Counted from the first letter of the stretch, positions 48,034 through 56,722 are shown. The stretch: 64,000 nt of DNA from an uncultured bacterium (GCA_965372715.1 CBDVDH010000015.1:2779-66778), one strand, 5' to 3'. Program-made: numbers and translations. The notes: a model not told the origin generated them from the sequence alone.

Positions 48034-49947
48034 ATGAAAATGAAACGGAGATTGGGAATAAGGGCTTGCAGGGGCATGACCCTCATCGAGGTCGTCATCG
48101 TCATTGCGATCATAGCGACGCTTGCGGCGGTGGCGATCCCATCGCTCGTCACTACCCTTGACCTCAAGGACCGCGAGGCAACTGAAGAGAAGATGAACAA
48201 TCTGGAGGAGGCGCTCAACAACTACTACGAGGACGTCGGCGAGTATCCCTCCTATTTGGACCTTACTAGTGACGGGCGCCAGAAAGCCGACGACAACGGC
48301 TGGACCAGCATCGACTTCCTCGTGTACAATCCATACCCAGAAGAGGGCACGGGCATCAGGGACACAGTCAGACTTAAAAAGTGGAATGGCCCATATCTGA
48401 CAGCATCGTTCCACAAGGAAGACTACAAGAAGGACGCCTGGGGCAGGGCGATAAACTACCAGCCGCAGTATGGCCGTTCGAGGGCCGAATCCGCGGATGG
48501 TCAACAGTATGCGGGCGCAGAAGACCTGCCGGCCAACGCTGTGCTGTTGGCCAGCATGGGCAAGACGCCTGGCTGGGGCTTCAGGGACGCCTCAAAGTCC
48601 GGGTCAGGTGGGACGACTGGCGGAATGATGACCTGGCGCGAGCTCTGCAAGTTCATCTCATACAGCGAGCTCATGAGCAAATACGAGCACATCCTCAAGG
48701 ATAACGTCATCAAAATCATAAGCTGCGCGAACATCGACCGAACGAAGGCCCAGGAGACTGAAGACCGCTACGAGGAGATTAAGACAGCGATCTGCGGCTC
48801 TCCACAGGACCTCGAGGGCGGCGGCTGCATAAGCGGCTTCGCAGCTGACCTTGGCTTAGCATTGCCAAAGGGCGCCGCGGAGACCGTCAACCCTACTGTT
48901 GCGCTCAATCTGGAGTACTTTGCGGACTATGACAATCCACTCCAGCTGCTCATCTTTCGTTTTCTGGATCCTGGGTCGAAGGCCAGGTATTACGGCAATC
49001 CTCGGGACGTCCCGCCTCCCTATAAGATGGGTGGGCCGGACGCATTTGATGCAGACGCTGTGAGGCAAAACAGGGAGGGGCAAGGAGCACCCGGCTATGC
49101 CTGCTTGGGATGGCGAGGTCCCTACATGACCTCCGATTATGGCACCGCCTACACCAACGAGGACGACGACATTGATACGACCTACGATTGCTTTCTCGAC
49201 GGATGGCTCAATCCGCTTGGCGTGTATGAAGAAGGTGACGAGTACAAGGGCGCAGTTCTGGACCTCGGGTTCGGGAACCGGGATGAGGACGAGGATGACT
49301 ACGCCGCCTTGGGTGGTATCATCGCCTCGCCGGGGCCGAATAGAATGTTTGACAGGATGACGGGGATGATGTTAGACCCCAATTGGCAGCGGGCTGGCGG
49401 CAATCCGAGTGGGGTGTTTAGTTCCGAAGGTCAGGACGATGACGACGTGTTTGTGCCGCTCTACAAAGCGGACCTGTGGGCGAACATCGCGCCGGATCCG
49501 GATCCGCCCATTGACACCCCAGTTGACATTCAGATCCACAATTACAACAAGACAATGGAGAATGTGACGGGCATAGTTGTCATATTCCCTGATCCAGGGC
49601 AGCCAGCAGCATTCAATGTCGTAGAACTCATGAGAGGGACCGGGGGGGTCGAACGGCCGATGATTCCCCTGGAAGGGGAGAAAACTACCGTGGTGGCGAA
49701 GAATCAATTCAGCGAATTCAAGCCCGAACTAAACAGCAAAGTCACGACCAACTTGTTCGTTCCAGTAGGGTACGCCTTTTTCTACATCAAGGTGCAGGGT
49801 ACCAGGGCAGGGGCGAATCCCGACTACTGTCCCGCGCTACAGCGGGTGTCTTGGCAAAGCAACGACCGCATTTACGCTCAGCGAGTTTGCGTCAAGAGCG
49901 GGAAATCGACGATTTCCTTGAAGTTCACGGTGCTTGGTGGTGGTTGA
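48034..49947 (+). CDS. Large prepilin-type (GspG-like) protein with duplicated pseudopilin domain
   Basis: Class III signal RG/MTLIEVVIVIAIIATLAAVAIP; WNGPYL...DAWG and a second WRGPYM...DGWLNP...SPGPN; AGGAGG RBS. Confidence 0.85.
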   Translation: MKMKRRLGIRACRGMTLIEVVIVIAIIATLAAVAIPSLVTTLDLKDREATEEKMNNLEEALNNYYEDVGEYPSYLDLTSDGRQKADDNGWTSIDFLVYNPYPEEGTGIRDTVRLKKWNGPYLTASFHKEDYKKDAWGRAINYQPQYGRSRAESADGQQYAGAEDLPANAVLLASMGKTPGWGFRDASKSGSGGTTGGMMTWRELCKFISYSELMSKYEHILKDNVIKIISCANIDRTKAQETEDRYEEIKTAICGSPQDLEGGGCISGFAADLGLALPKGAAETVNPTVALNLEYFADYDNPLQLLIFRFLDPGSKARYYGNPRDVPPPYKMGGPDAFDADAVRQNREGQGAPGYACLGWRGPYMTSDYGTAYTNEDDDIDTTYDCFLDGWLNPLGVYEEGDEYKGAVLDLGFGNRDEDEDDYAALGGIIASPGPNRMFDRMTGMMLDPNWQRAGGNPSGVFSSEGQDDDDVFVPLYKADLWANIAPDPDPPIDTPVDIQIHNYNKTMENVTGIVVIFPDPGQPAAFNVVELMRGTGGVERPMIPLEGEKTTVVAKNQFSEFKPELNSKVTTNLFVPVGYAFFYIKVQGTRAGANPDYCPALQRVSWQSNDRIYAQRVCVKSGKSTISLKFTVLGGG

Positions 49948-49990
49948 TCGGTTAGCTAGGCATACTTGACCAAGAACGACAGTTCTGTTC

Positions 49991-50035
49991 ACCGGGCAGC
50001 TCGCGAGTCGCGAGCTGCCCGGTTTTTGCTTTTTG
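49991..50035 (+). terminator. Intrinsic terminator
   Basis: ACCGGGCAGCTCGCG-AGT-CGCGAGCTGCCCGGT followed by T-rich tail. Confidence 0.85.
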
Positions 50036-50077
50036 CGGTTGCGGGCTAGTTTCCGAGGGGCGGCGTTCCTCCCCAAT

Positions 50078-50246
50078 CCCCCATCTGAAGATGGGGGATA
50101 ATGCAATGATAGCCTTCAGCATCGCCTCGGCTGAAGCCGGGCGAAGAGGTGAGGGCCGTCCTTAGGCGCATAGCTATGATTCACCGCGTTTCAACGCGGT
50201 GATATCGATGATTCTCATCATATTAACACCCGACTTCAGTCGAGTG
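50078..50246 (-). repeat. Four-palindrome cassette, copy 2 (inverted relative to 36444-36610)
   Basis: Same four palindromes in the same order on the minus strand with diverged spacers. Confidence 0.85.
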
Positions 50247-50348
50247 AACCGGCGCCGTCGCGACCCCCGCCTCCTCCGAGTCAGTTTGCTGTTTTCCAGC
50301 CTCGCATTATCACTCGCATCTGCCGCCGCGTGTCGTATAATCTAACGC

Positions 50349-51488
50349 ATGTTTGAGATACGGTTCAATCCAGTCGCGGGCGAATGGGTCATCGTCGCGG
50401 CCCAGAGGATGAAGCGACCTGTGCTGCCGACCGATTCGTGCCCGTTCTGCCCTGGGGTCGGCAAAACGCCCCCCCACTACGACGTCTTCGTCTATCAGAA
50501 CGATTATCCCTCGATGACGCTGGCTACACCCGGAGATTCGTGGGTCGGCACAACCGATGCGGGCGGAGACAAGAAAGCTGGGCCGGAAGCAGTTTCTCAG
50601 GCCCGTGTTGGGGCAGGCCTTGTGTCTGCCCAGCGTGTCGGATCCGACGCTGAGCTCGATGCGGGCGGAGACAAGCCCCGCCCCTACAAAGCGGCTGCCA
50701 ATTCGCCGTTCGGCGAACCTATGGCTGCCAACCTCTACGTCAGTGAGCCCTCTTTCGGGGCGTGCGAGATCATACTATACAGCTCCGACCACGGAGCGAA
50801 CATCTACGATCTGGCAGATTGGCACATCGAGAAGCTCGTCCGATGTTGGCAGCAGCGGACGAGGGAGCTTGGCTCGATTCAGGGCATAAGATACGTCTTC
50901 GTCTTCGAGAATCGAGGCGAGGCGGTCGGTGTTACGATTCACCACCCCCACGGGCAAATCTACGCTTTCCCGTTCGTCCCGCGCAAGATTCAACAAGAGA
51001 TCGAATCCTGCCGGCAATACGTGAAGAAGAACTCCCGCTGCCTCCTATGCGACATGGCCTCAGAAGAGCTCCGCCGCGGCGTGCGCCTCGTCGCGGAGAA
51101 TGAGCATTTCGCCTGCTTCATCCCGTTCTTCGCGCGATTCCCGTTTGAGGCGCACGTGATCAGTCGTCGGCACTTGGCCTCTGTTACCGACCTGAATGAT
51201 GCCGAGGTGCTGGCGTTCGGCAAGATTCTTCAAGCCCTCATACGCGGCTATGACAGGCTCTTTGGCTTCACGGCAGCGTATATCATGGCCTTCCACCAGG
51301 CCCCTACCGACGGCGGCGACTACTCGGCCTATCACTTCCACGTCGAGTTCTATCCGGCGCACGCTGACAGCAAGACCCGCAAGCACCTCTCCGGCACCGA
51401 GATAGGCATCGACGTCTTCGTGAACCCGTCCGACGTCGAGGCAAACGCCGCCCAGCTGAGGCGCGCGGTTGAAGCTTCTGAACGGTAG
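50349..51488 (+). CDS. galT: Galactose-1-phosphate uridylyltransferase with in-frame REP-derived insertion
   Basis: RFNPVAGEWVIVAAQRMKRP, CPFCPG, NDYP, FENRGEAVGVTIHHPHGQIYA, YHFHVEF. Confidence 0.92.
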   Translation: MFEIRFNPVAGEWVIVAAQRMKRPVLPTDSCPFCPGVGKTPPHYDVFVYQNDYPSMTLATPGDSWVGTTDAGGDKKAGPEAVSQARVGAGLVSAQRVGSDAELDAGGDKPRPYKAAANSPFGEPMAANLYVSEPSFGACEIILYSSDHGANIYDLADWHIEKLVRCWQQRTRELGSIQGIRYVFVFENRGEAVGVTIHHPHGQIYAFPFVPRKIQQEIESCRQYVKKNSRCLLCDMASEELRRGVRLVAENEHFACFIPFFARFPFEAHVISRRHLASVTDLNDAEVLAFGKILQALIRGYDRLFGFTAAYIMAFHQAPTDGGDYSAYHFHVEFYPAHADSKTRKHLSGTEIGIDVFVNPSDVEANAAQLRRAVEASER

Positions 51489-51544
51489 GCGCCAACGGAG
51501 CTGGTAGTCTGCGTGGGTTTCGCGCCTACCGGTCTGGTCGTTTT

Positions 51545-51649
51545 GTAGGGGCGCGGTCTTTGACCCGCCCGTTCGAATTGATGGTCGCATAACATGCCTC
51601 GTATCGCAGGGATTGATGTGGGCGGGCGGGTCTGAGACACCGCCCCTAC
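51545..51649. repeat. Inverted REP pair (GTAG family); supplies the stop codon of the DUF362 gene
   Basis: GTAGGGGCGCGGTCTTTGACCCGCCC ... GGGCGGGTCTGAGACACCGCCCCTAC. Confidence 0.8.
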
Positions 51650-52731
51650 AGGACCTTCAGGATGTCTTCGGCCGTAGGCGGACAGCCCGGGACGTGGGGC
51701 AGTTTCTCACGGGTCGCGAACGCGGCGGAGCAGTTGCCGATGCAGATCGTGGCGCCCTTGACGTGCGGATAGGCGGCGTCAATCCCCGCGAGAAAGATGC
51801 GTTTGCCCAGGACCCCTTTCAGCGCGAAATTGACGACCTTCAGAGGATGCTTCCAGGGCTGCTTGAGCAGGCCCTTGACGGTCTCTGAGATTGCGTTTGA
51901 GCAGCCGGAGCAGGCGCCGCAGGGGAAGTAATATAGATTGACCTTCTTGTAGTGGCCCTTCGAGCGCTTGAACTCTGTCCGAACCTCGTCCAGCGGCACG
52001 CCTCGGACCTCGCCGAGCTCGACAATAGGGATATGGCCAACCTCGCCCGGCTCAAAACCCATGATCTGAAGCGCCAGATTGTCGAGCTCAAGGGCGTCAT
52101 TCCCGAAAAGAAGAAGACCGAGGTCTTTTCGCTCGCCGAACTTTCCGGGACCCTCGCCCTGAAGCGCCCAAATCGCATCGATAATTGATAGGTCAGGCTT
52201 CAGCGCCTCGTACAGGGCGGGAACGGCCCTGTCAAGGCCCAAGCGATGAAAGCGCATCTTATCGGCGTTCGTCAGAATGCCCTTCTGATTCTTGAGGCAG
52301 AGCGTTGCGCCGGTCAGGATGTGCGTCTTCATCTTGGCGACGTTGATGTAGGCGCATTCGTGGAAAAGCGTGGGCAGCTGTAGCTCGCCGAACTCCCACT
52401 TTCTGGGCGCTCTGCTCACTTTTTGCAGGTTGACGACTTCCGCTCCGTGGCGCGCGGCAAGCTCGAAAAGGCCGGTTCTCTTGAAAGCCTGGTCCGTATC
52501 GACGCCAACCACGCAGCTCTCGGCAATGATGCAGCGCTTTCCGCCAAAACGTTCCAGCAGCGCCTCGAGAATCGCCGGATGCGTCGTTGCGCCAACCTCC
52601 GGCGCGTGGGCGTTCACGATGTTCGGCTTGATCAGTATCCTCTTGGGGCCCGGATCAAATCCACACGCCGAAAGGCCAGCCTCGATAGCGGATCGAATCT
52701 CGGCATAACTCGTGCGAGCGACAAAAAGCAC
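51646..52731 (-). CDS. DUF362 domain Fe-S protein
   Basis: ILIKPN, TTHP, KMKTH, LCLKNQKG, GEGP, C-terminal ACSGC / IGNC / VPGCPP. Confidence 0.88.
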   Translation of the reverse strand: MLFVARTSYAEIRSAIEAGLSACGFDPGPKRILIKPNIVNAHAPEVGATTHPAILEALLERFGGKRCIIAESCVVGVDTDQAFKRTGLFELAARHGAEVVNLQKVSRAPRKWEFGELQLPTLFHECAYINVAKMKTHILTGATLCLKNQKGILTNADKMRFHRLGLDRAVPALYEALKPDLSIIDAIWALQGEGPGKFGERKDLGLLLFGNDALELDNLALQIMGFEPGEVGHIPIVELGEVRGVPLDEVRTEFKRSKGHYKKVNLYYFPCGACSGCSNAISETVKGLLKQPWKHPLKVVNFALKGVLGKRIFLAGIDAAYPHVKGATICIGNCSAAFATREKLPHVPGCPPTAEDILKVL

Positions 52732-52739
52732 TTCGCCCG

Positions 52740-53738
52740 CTACGGAAAGGAGGACGGGTCATCGAGAACGAGCATCTCGGACTCGGGCGGCGAGACGTCG
52801 AATGGCCCCGACGCCACGTTGCTGACAACGTGCTCGGGGCGCCCGGCTCGCGCGACAACAGCGCACCAAGTACAATTGCCGCCTAGTATCTCCCCCGGCT
52901 CGAACGACAGCTTCAGCCGAAACCGCAAATCTTCGGTCTGTTCCAGTTCCTCAAGAGCGATACCACGGCGCCCAGCTTCAGGCTCATAGAAAACGACCTC
53001 GCCGCTACGACCGATCAGTCCAATGAACAGCTCATATTGTGCATTGACGAGGTGATTAGCCCTGACATCAAACGTAACCTCGTAGAGCTCCCTCTGGTCA
53101 GCGACGCAAAGCTCTTTCGTTATAGCCACGTTGAACTGCACAGGCTGTTGGATACAAGACGAGGTGAGCCCAGGACGCATAACCGACCAGCTTCTCGCAG
53201 GGCCCTCCACCTCGGGCGCCATGCTGACCGGCTTCGGTTCCCAGCCGCCTATCGGACACGACGCGACTTTCGACTCGCTACCTGCGGCGCGGCGCAGCAT
53301 TGGGCCATCGAGTAGCAGCCTCTCTGGAGAAGGCTTTGGATCGCCCAGCGCCATTGCGGACGGCGCCCCGATGAAGCGATAAGCTCGCCGCATCGAGTTT
53401 TTGGCCATGTCGCTGGCAAAAAGCTCGACGTTGTATTCGCCGGTTGATGACCCGGTCGGCCTATATGAGACGCTATATCCTTGCGCTATCTTGCTGAGCG
53501 ACGGCTTAACCTCTCGTCCGTCCATGATGAGGCGGATCGATAATGGATCAACCCCGGATAGGTTGTCGCGAACACGAAGAACTACCTCGCCAGCTTCCGT
53601 CAGGTTCCCCGATCGAAGCGTGGACTGAGTCAATGTCGCCTCGCACATTGAACCTGCGCTCAGAACAATAAGAACCGCTACCGTCACATACCATCTCAAC
53701 ATGAATCCTCCCAATACCTTAAGTCGAATGTCTTGCAC
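52740..53738 (-). CDS. Secreted hypothetical protein with Ig-like domain and divergent shared C-terminal domain
   Basis: Signal peptide; VRDNLSGVDPLSIRLIMDGREV unit as in 23590-27687; C-terminal YELFIGLIGRSGEVVFY...GNCTWCAVV...FDV. Confidence 0.7.
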   Translation of the reverse strand: MQDIRLKVLGGFMLRWYVTVAVLIVLSAGSMCEATLTQSTLRSGNLTEAGEVVLRVRDNLSGVDPLSIRLIMDGREVKPSLSKIAQGYSVSYRPTGSSTGEYNVELFASDMAKNSMRRAYRFIGAPSAMALGDPKPSPERLLLDGPMLRRAAGSESKVASCPIGGWEPKPVSMAPEVEGPARSWSVMRPGLTSSCIQQPVQFNVAITKELCVADQRELYEVTFDVRANHLVNAQYELFIGLIGRSGEVVFYEPEAGRRGIALEELEQTEDLRFRLKLSFEPGEILGGNCTWCAVVARAGRPEHVVSNVASGPFDVSPPESEMLVLDDPSSFP

Positions 53739-53804
53739 TAGCTCGGCGAATCTTCGCCAGCCAATTGCCTACCACCAACGGCAGGCTGGAAAGCCCGCCC
53801 CACG

Positions 53805-54023
53805 TCAGCTTTCGACCGCGTCCATGATTCCTTTTAGCTTTTTCACACCTGGCCCCAAGAGGGATACGGCCTCTTGAGCGTTGAGAAGTAACACCTCTTT
53901 CGCACGGGCGTCAATAGCCCTGAACGCCACGCTCATCAAGTGGTCCCGCATACGCTGTATCGCTTGCTCGGCGTCCGCCAAAGACGAAACGACGTCTTCT
54001 TTTCGCTGCGATATTTCAACCAT
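53805..54023 (-). CDS. Small hypothetical protein
   Basis: 72-aa helical ORF overlapping the GT2 stop, GGAGG upstream. Confidence 0.5.
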   Translation of the reverse strand: MVEISQRKEDVVSSLADAEQAIQRMRDHLMSVAFRAIDARAKEVLLLNAQEAVSLLGPGVKKLKGIMDAVES

Positions 54024-55008
54024 CGTTATTCCAGCGCCTCCTGAATACTATTTCTGTCATTACTTGCCGATAGGCTGCTATCCTGCTTCTAGCCTCGGCG
54101 CCTTTGCCAAGAAAAAACACAACACTAAAGACTATCAACCTGATCGCCGCGCCAACGGCTATCACCAGCCGCAGGGCGACGCCAGACAGCTTGTCCCTGT
54201 GCCGATCAAAGAAGTAGCACAGACTACAATAGGATTCAAACACGGTTCTCTCAAGCTCTTGGTCCGCGGACGCGCCCTGGGCATGCTCAACCGCAACTTC
54301 TGGGCAGAAGAGAACCCTAAAACCACGCTCACGGAGCCTCAACGACAGGTCCTGGTCCTCGAAGTAAAGGAAAAAGCCGGGGTCAAACAGACCAACGCTC
54401 TCAAGGTGAAGCCTTCTGCATAGAACGCACGCGCCGACTGCGTAGTCAACGTCCCGGCCAGCAACAACACCGTTCGCGGCGCGGCCGGCCTCCTGCCGGT
54501 CAAGTCCCTGCCTGGGCGCGGAGTGGCGACCAAAGGCGCGGTCGAGAAAAAGCATCTTTGCCAAAAGCTCCCGCAAAGTAACCACTCCACGATAGACCGG
54601 CGGGATCGGTTTTGCGTCCCTTTCAAGACCGGGAGCTGCGCACGCTGCGCTCTTGTTCCGCTCGAGGCAATCCACAAGCTGGCGCAGCGCCGGTGCGCCG
54701 ATCTCACAATCGGGGTTCAGAAGCAGGACTAGTTCCTCACGACCCACCATGATCCCAATGTTGCATCCGGTCGCAAAGCCCAGATTCTGCCTACTTTGGA
54801 CGACCTTAACCTCAGGAAACATCGACCTAACCGCCTCGGGCGTCCCGTCAGACGATGCGTTCTCAACAACGACGGTCCGCAAGTCGAAGGAATCGCGGCA
54901 GTTTCGAAGGCTGTTCAGACATCTCACAACCGAATCCTTGCAGTTGTAGCTGACGGAGACGACATCGATAGCCTGAACAGGCGATGAATGTGTTTTCATT
55001 GGTGACAT
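54016..55008 (-). CDS. Glycosyltransferase family 2 (WbbL-like)
   Basis: VSVSYN, VENASSDGT, NLGFATGCNIG, LLLNPD, FFLYFEDQDL. Confidence 0.9.
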   Translation of the reverse strand: MSPMKTHSSPVQAIDVVSVSYNCKDSVVRCLNSLRNCRDSFDLRTVVVENASSDGTPEAVRSMFPEVKVVQSRQNLGFATGCNIGIMVGREELVLLLNPDCEIGAPALRQLVDCLERNKSAACAAPGLERDAKPIPPVYRGVVTLRELLAKMLFLDRAFGRHSAPRQGLDRQEAGRAANGVVAGRDVDYAVGACVLCRRLHLESVGLFDPGFFLYFEDQDLSLRLRERGFRVLFCPEVAVEHAQGASADQELERTVFESYCSLCYFFDRHRDKLSGVALRLVIAVGAAIRLIVFSVVFFLGKGAEARSRIAAYRQVMTEIVFRRRWNNDG

Positions 55009-55214
55009 ATCGGTGTCCGCATTTGTGTTTGGTCAAGAACTCCTCTTGTGGAATTGTGGACAAGAGGCGTCAACAGGTCAAGGACTTCAAGAACGTTGCC
55101 TTTGATGTGGGTTTTGCAGTGTGTCGTCCATCATTCAGATTCGCAACGGCGTGTGGTTTCATTCACTGGGCCTCGTGATGTTCTTGGCCTCCTCCCGCGT
55201 TTTCGACACGCTCT

Positions 55215-55300
55215 TGTCACATTCTGTTACACTGTTCCCGGATGAGCCATTCTCGCGTATCCGAGCGGCTATAAGGCTCCATGAGTCACATATTGTTACA
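55215..55300. promoter_or_regulatory. Two putative enhancer-binding-protein sites
   Basis: TGTCACATTCTGTTACA (55215-55231, TGT-N11-ACA) and AGTCACATATTGTTACA (55284-55300), 14 of 17 identical, 170-255 bp upstream of a sigma54 site. Confidence 0.65.
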
Positions 55301-55443
55301 GATTCTTTGTGTAGCAGACCCCGAGATTAGACATTAACGACGCACGGTGCGGTTGCGGCACGACCTCCTATTCTTACCGCACACGGCGCAATCGGCGATC
55401 ACAAGGGCAAGAGCGCCCACACCACAAGATTTAGTGGGATTGA

Positions 55444-55460
55444 TTGGCACAGGACGTGCT
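55444..55460 (+). promoter_or_regulatory. Sigma54 (-24/-12) promoter
   Basis: TTGGCAC-AGGAC-GTGCT with GG at 55446-47 and GC at 55458-59; predicted TSS near 55471. Confidence 0.7.
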
Positions 55461-55470
55461 TAAACACAGA

Positions 55471-55765
55471 AGCGAGACAGATGTTGTGGTTTTGGGAATC
55501 GAGAGGCTGGCTTAGCACATTAAATCGGGGCGGAGACGAGTGTGTGGTTTCGAAGAGTTCTCCTCTTTCGAGATTAGGCTTCTCGCCCGTTGCATTTCTC
55601 CATAGGTGTCGTGTGGGAAAGCGTTGGTCTCGGTGCCTGCTGATGCGGAATCCAACTGGGCGTTGGATGCGTAACAGGGGCGCTGGGCCTTTCCCCACTT
55701 TTTGATTCTAAGTTATAAAAGTCTCTTGAGTAGTATAGGGAACCGGTTGGTTCCCGTTTTTTTTT
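55471..55765 (+). ncRNA. Candidate structured non-coding RNA (~295 nt), family not recognised
   Basis: Bounded by sigma54 promoter and terminator; closing stem 55484-55506/55698-55718 and two long internal hairpins, all rich in G-U pairs on the + strand; no convincing ORF. Confidence 0.6.
55738..55765 (+). terminator. Intrinsic terminator
   Basis: GGGAACC-GGTT-GGTTCCC then G and a 9-T run. Confidence 0.85.
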
Positions 55766-56310
55766 GATCAAACTGCCGCGGCGCTCTGAGCTTCCGTTTC
55801 AGCCATTTCTGCGTGGGATTCGGGAGCGGTAGTGAATGGGGGCCTAGCATAAGTGTCGAGCGCAGGTTTCCCGATCCAGCGCCATAATGGGATGAGTCAG
55901 CGGAATGCGAGATGGTATATGTAGTGGGCAGAGTTGTGCATGTGGCCAGTATATAGACGCACGCATCCCCCGTGTGGATTTCGGCTACACACGGGCCCGG
56001 TATTGGTCCACGCAACAGGCCCACCGGAAAGCGTCCTGGTCACTTCCTCCCTTTTGCTTCGGTCAAATGCGCCTCAAGGAGGCTTTCGCTAGTCGCTCTC
56101 CGTGCGGCAGATCGGCGCCTTTGGTGTTGTCTGCACTGAGCACTGCCCTCAGAGGTAAGCCTTTGGATCGTGCTGGTTCGGTCATCGCCAGGCTTGACAG
56201 TTCGGTGGGTTCCGAGTTATAGAAAAGGGACAGGGATGAGTTCCTGTTACGGGCGGCCAGAGAGTACGGATTGATCTGAACGACGTTTTCATATTGTCGG
56301 GAGGTTAGAT

Positions 56311-56586
56311 GTGATGGACAAGGACTACATGCCGATTGCGAAAGCGGACATAGAGAAGTCCCAGATGGGCGATGAGACATTGCTCTACAACTCGGACAAC
56401 GACAAGGTGACGGTATTGAATAAGACGGCTGCCGCTGTCTGGCAGCTTTGCGACGGGAAGCATACCATTTCGCAGATCACAGAAATGATAAACGAGAGTT
56501 TCAACCCGCCGGATGATTGCGACGTGTCCGGCGACGTTGAGGCGACGATTGAGAAGTTTAGGCAAGACGGGGTTCTGAAGGAGTAG
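56311..56586 (+). CDS. PqqD family RiPP recognition element (stand-alone)
   Basis: GDETLLYNSDNDKVTVLNKTAAAVWQLCDGKHTISQI...DVEATIEKF; GGAGG RBS; TTGACA at 56194 upstream. Confidence 0.9.
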   Translation: MMDKDYMPIAKADIEKSQMGDETLLYNSDNDKVTVLNKTAAAVWQLCDGKHTISQITEMINESFNPPDDCDVSGDVEATIEKFRQDGVLKE

Positions 56587-56722
56587 TGTTTGTTCCTTCA
56601 ATTCTGACGTATTATCAACAAGGGCAGCCCAGTTCAGGGTGGCGAAATGGCCCGCCATTGTTGAGCGGTGCGTTCGGATTATGACGCAGCGTTGGGACAT
56701 CAGGTCATTCGGAGTTTGAAAG

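Noticed and set aside
55611-55718. Frame reading VWESVGLGAC-TGA-CGIQLGVGCVTGALG..., a possible Cys/Sec-rich RiPP precursor
   Set aside because: No RBS or leader, an in-frame TAG shortly upstream, and the sequence is explained by hairpin B. It cannot be fully excluded without homologues.
55471-55765. Assignment of the RNA to 6S, SRP, RNase P or tmRNA
   Set aside because: None of the hallmark motifs I can check by eye are present (SRP GGAAGGAAGCAG loop, RNase P GAGGAAAGTCC, tmRNA tRNA-like ends), and the architecture is branched, not a single rod.
55905-56222. 105-aa ORF with CSGQSCACG as precursor for the rSAM cassette
   Set aside because: Cys residues are N-terminal instead of in a core after a leader, there is no clear RBS, and it overlaps hairpins and the putative PqqD promoter.
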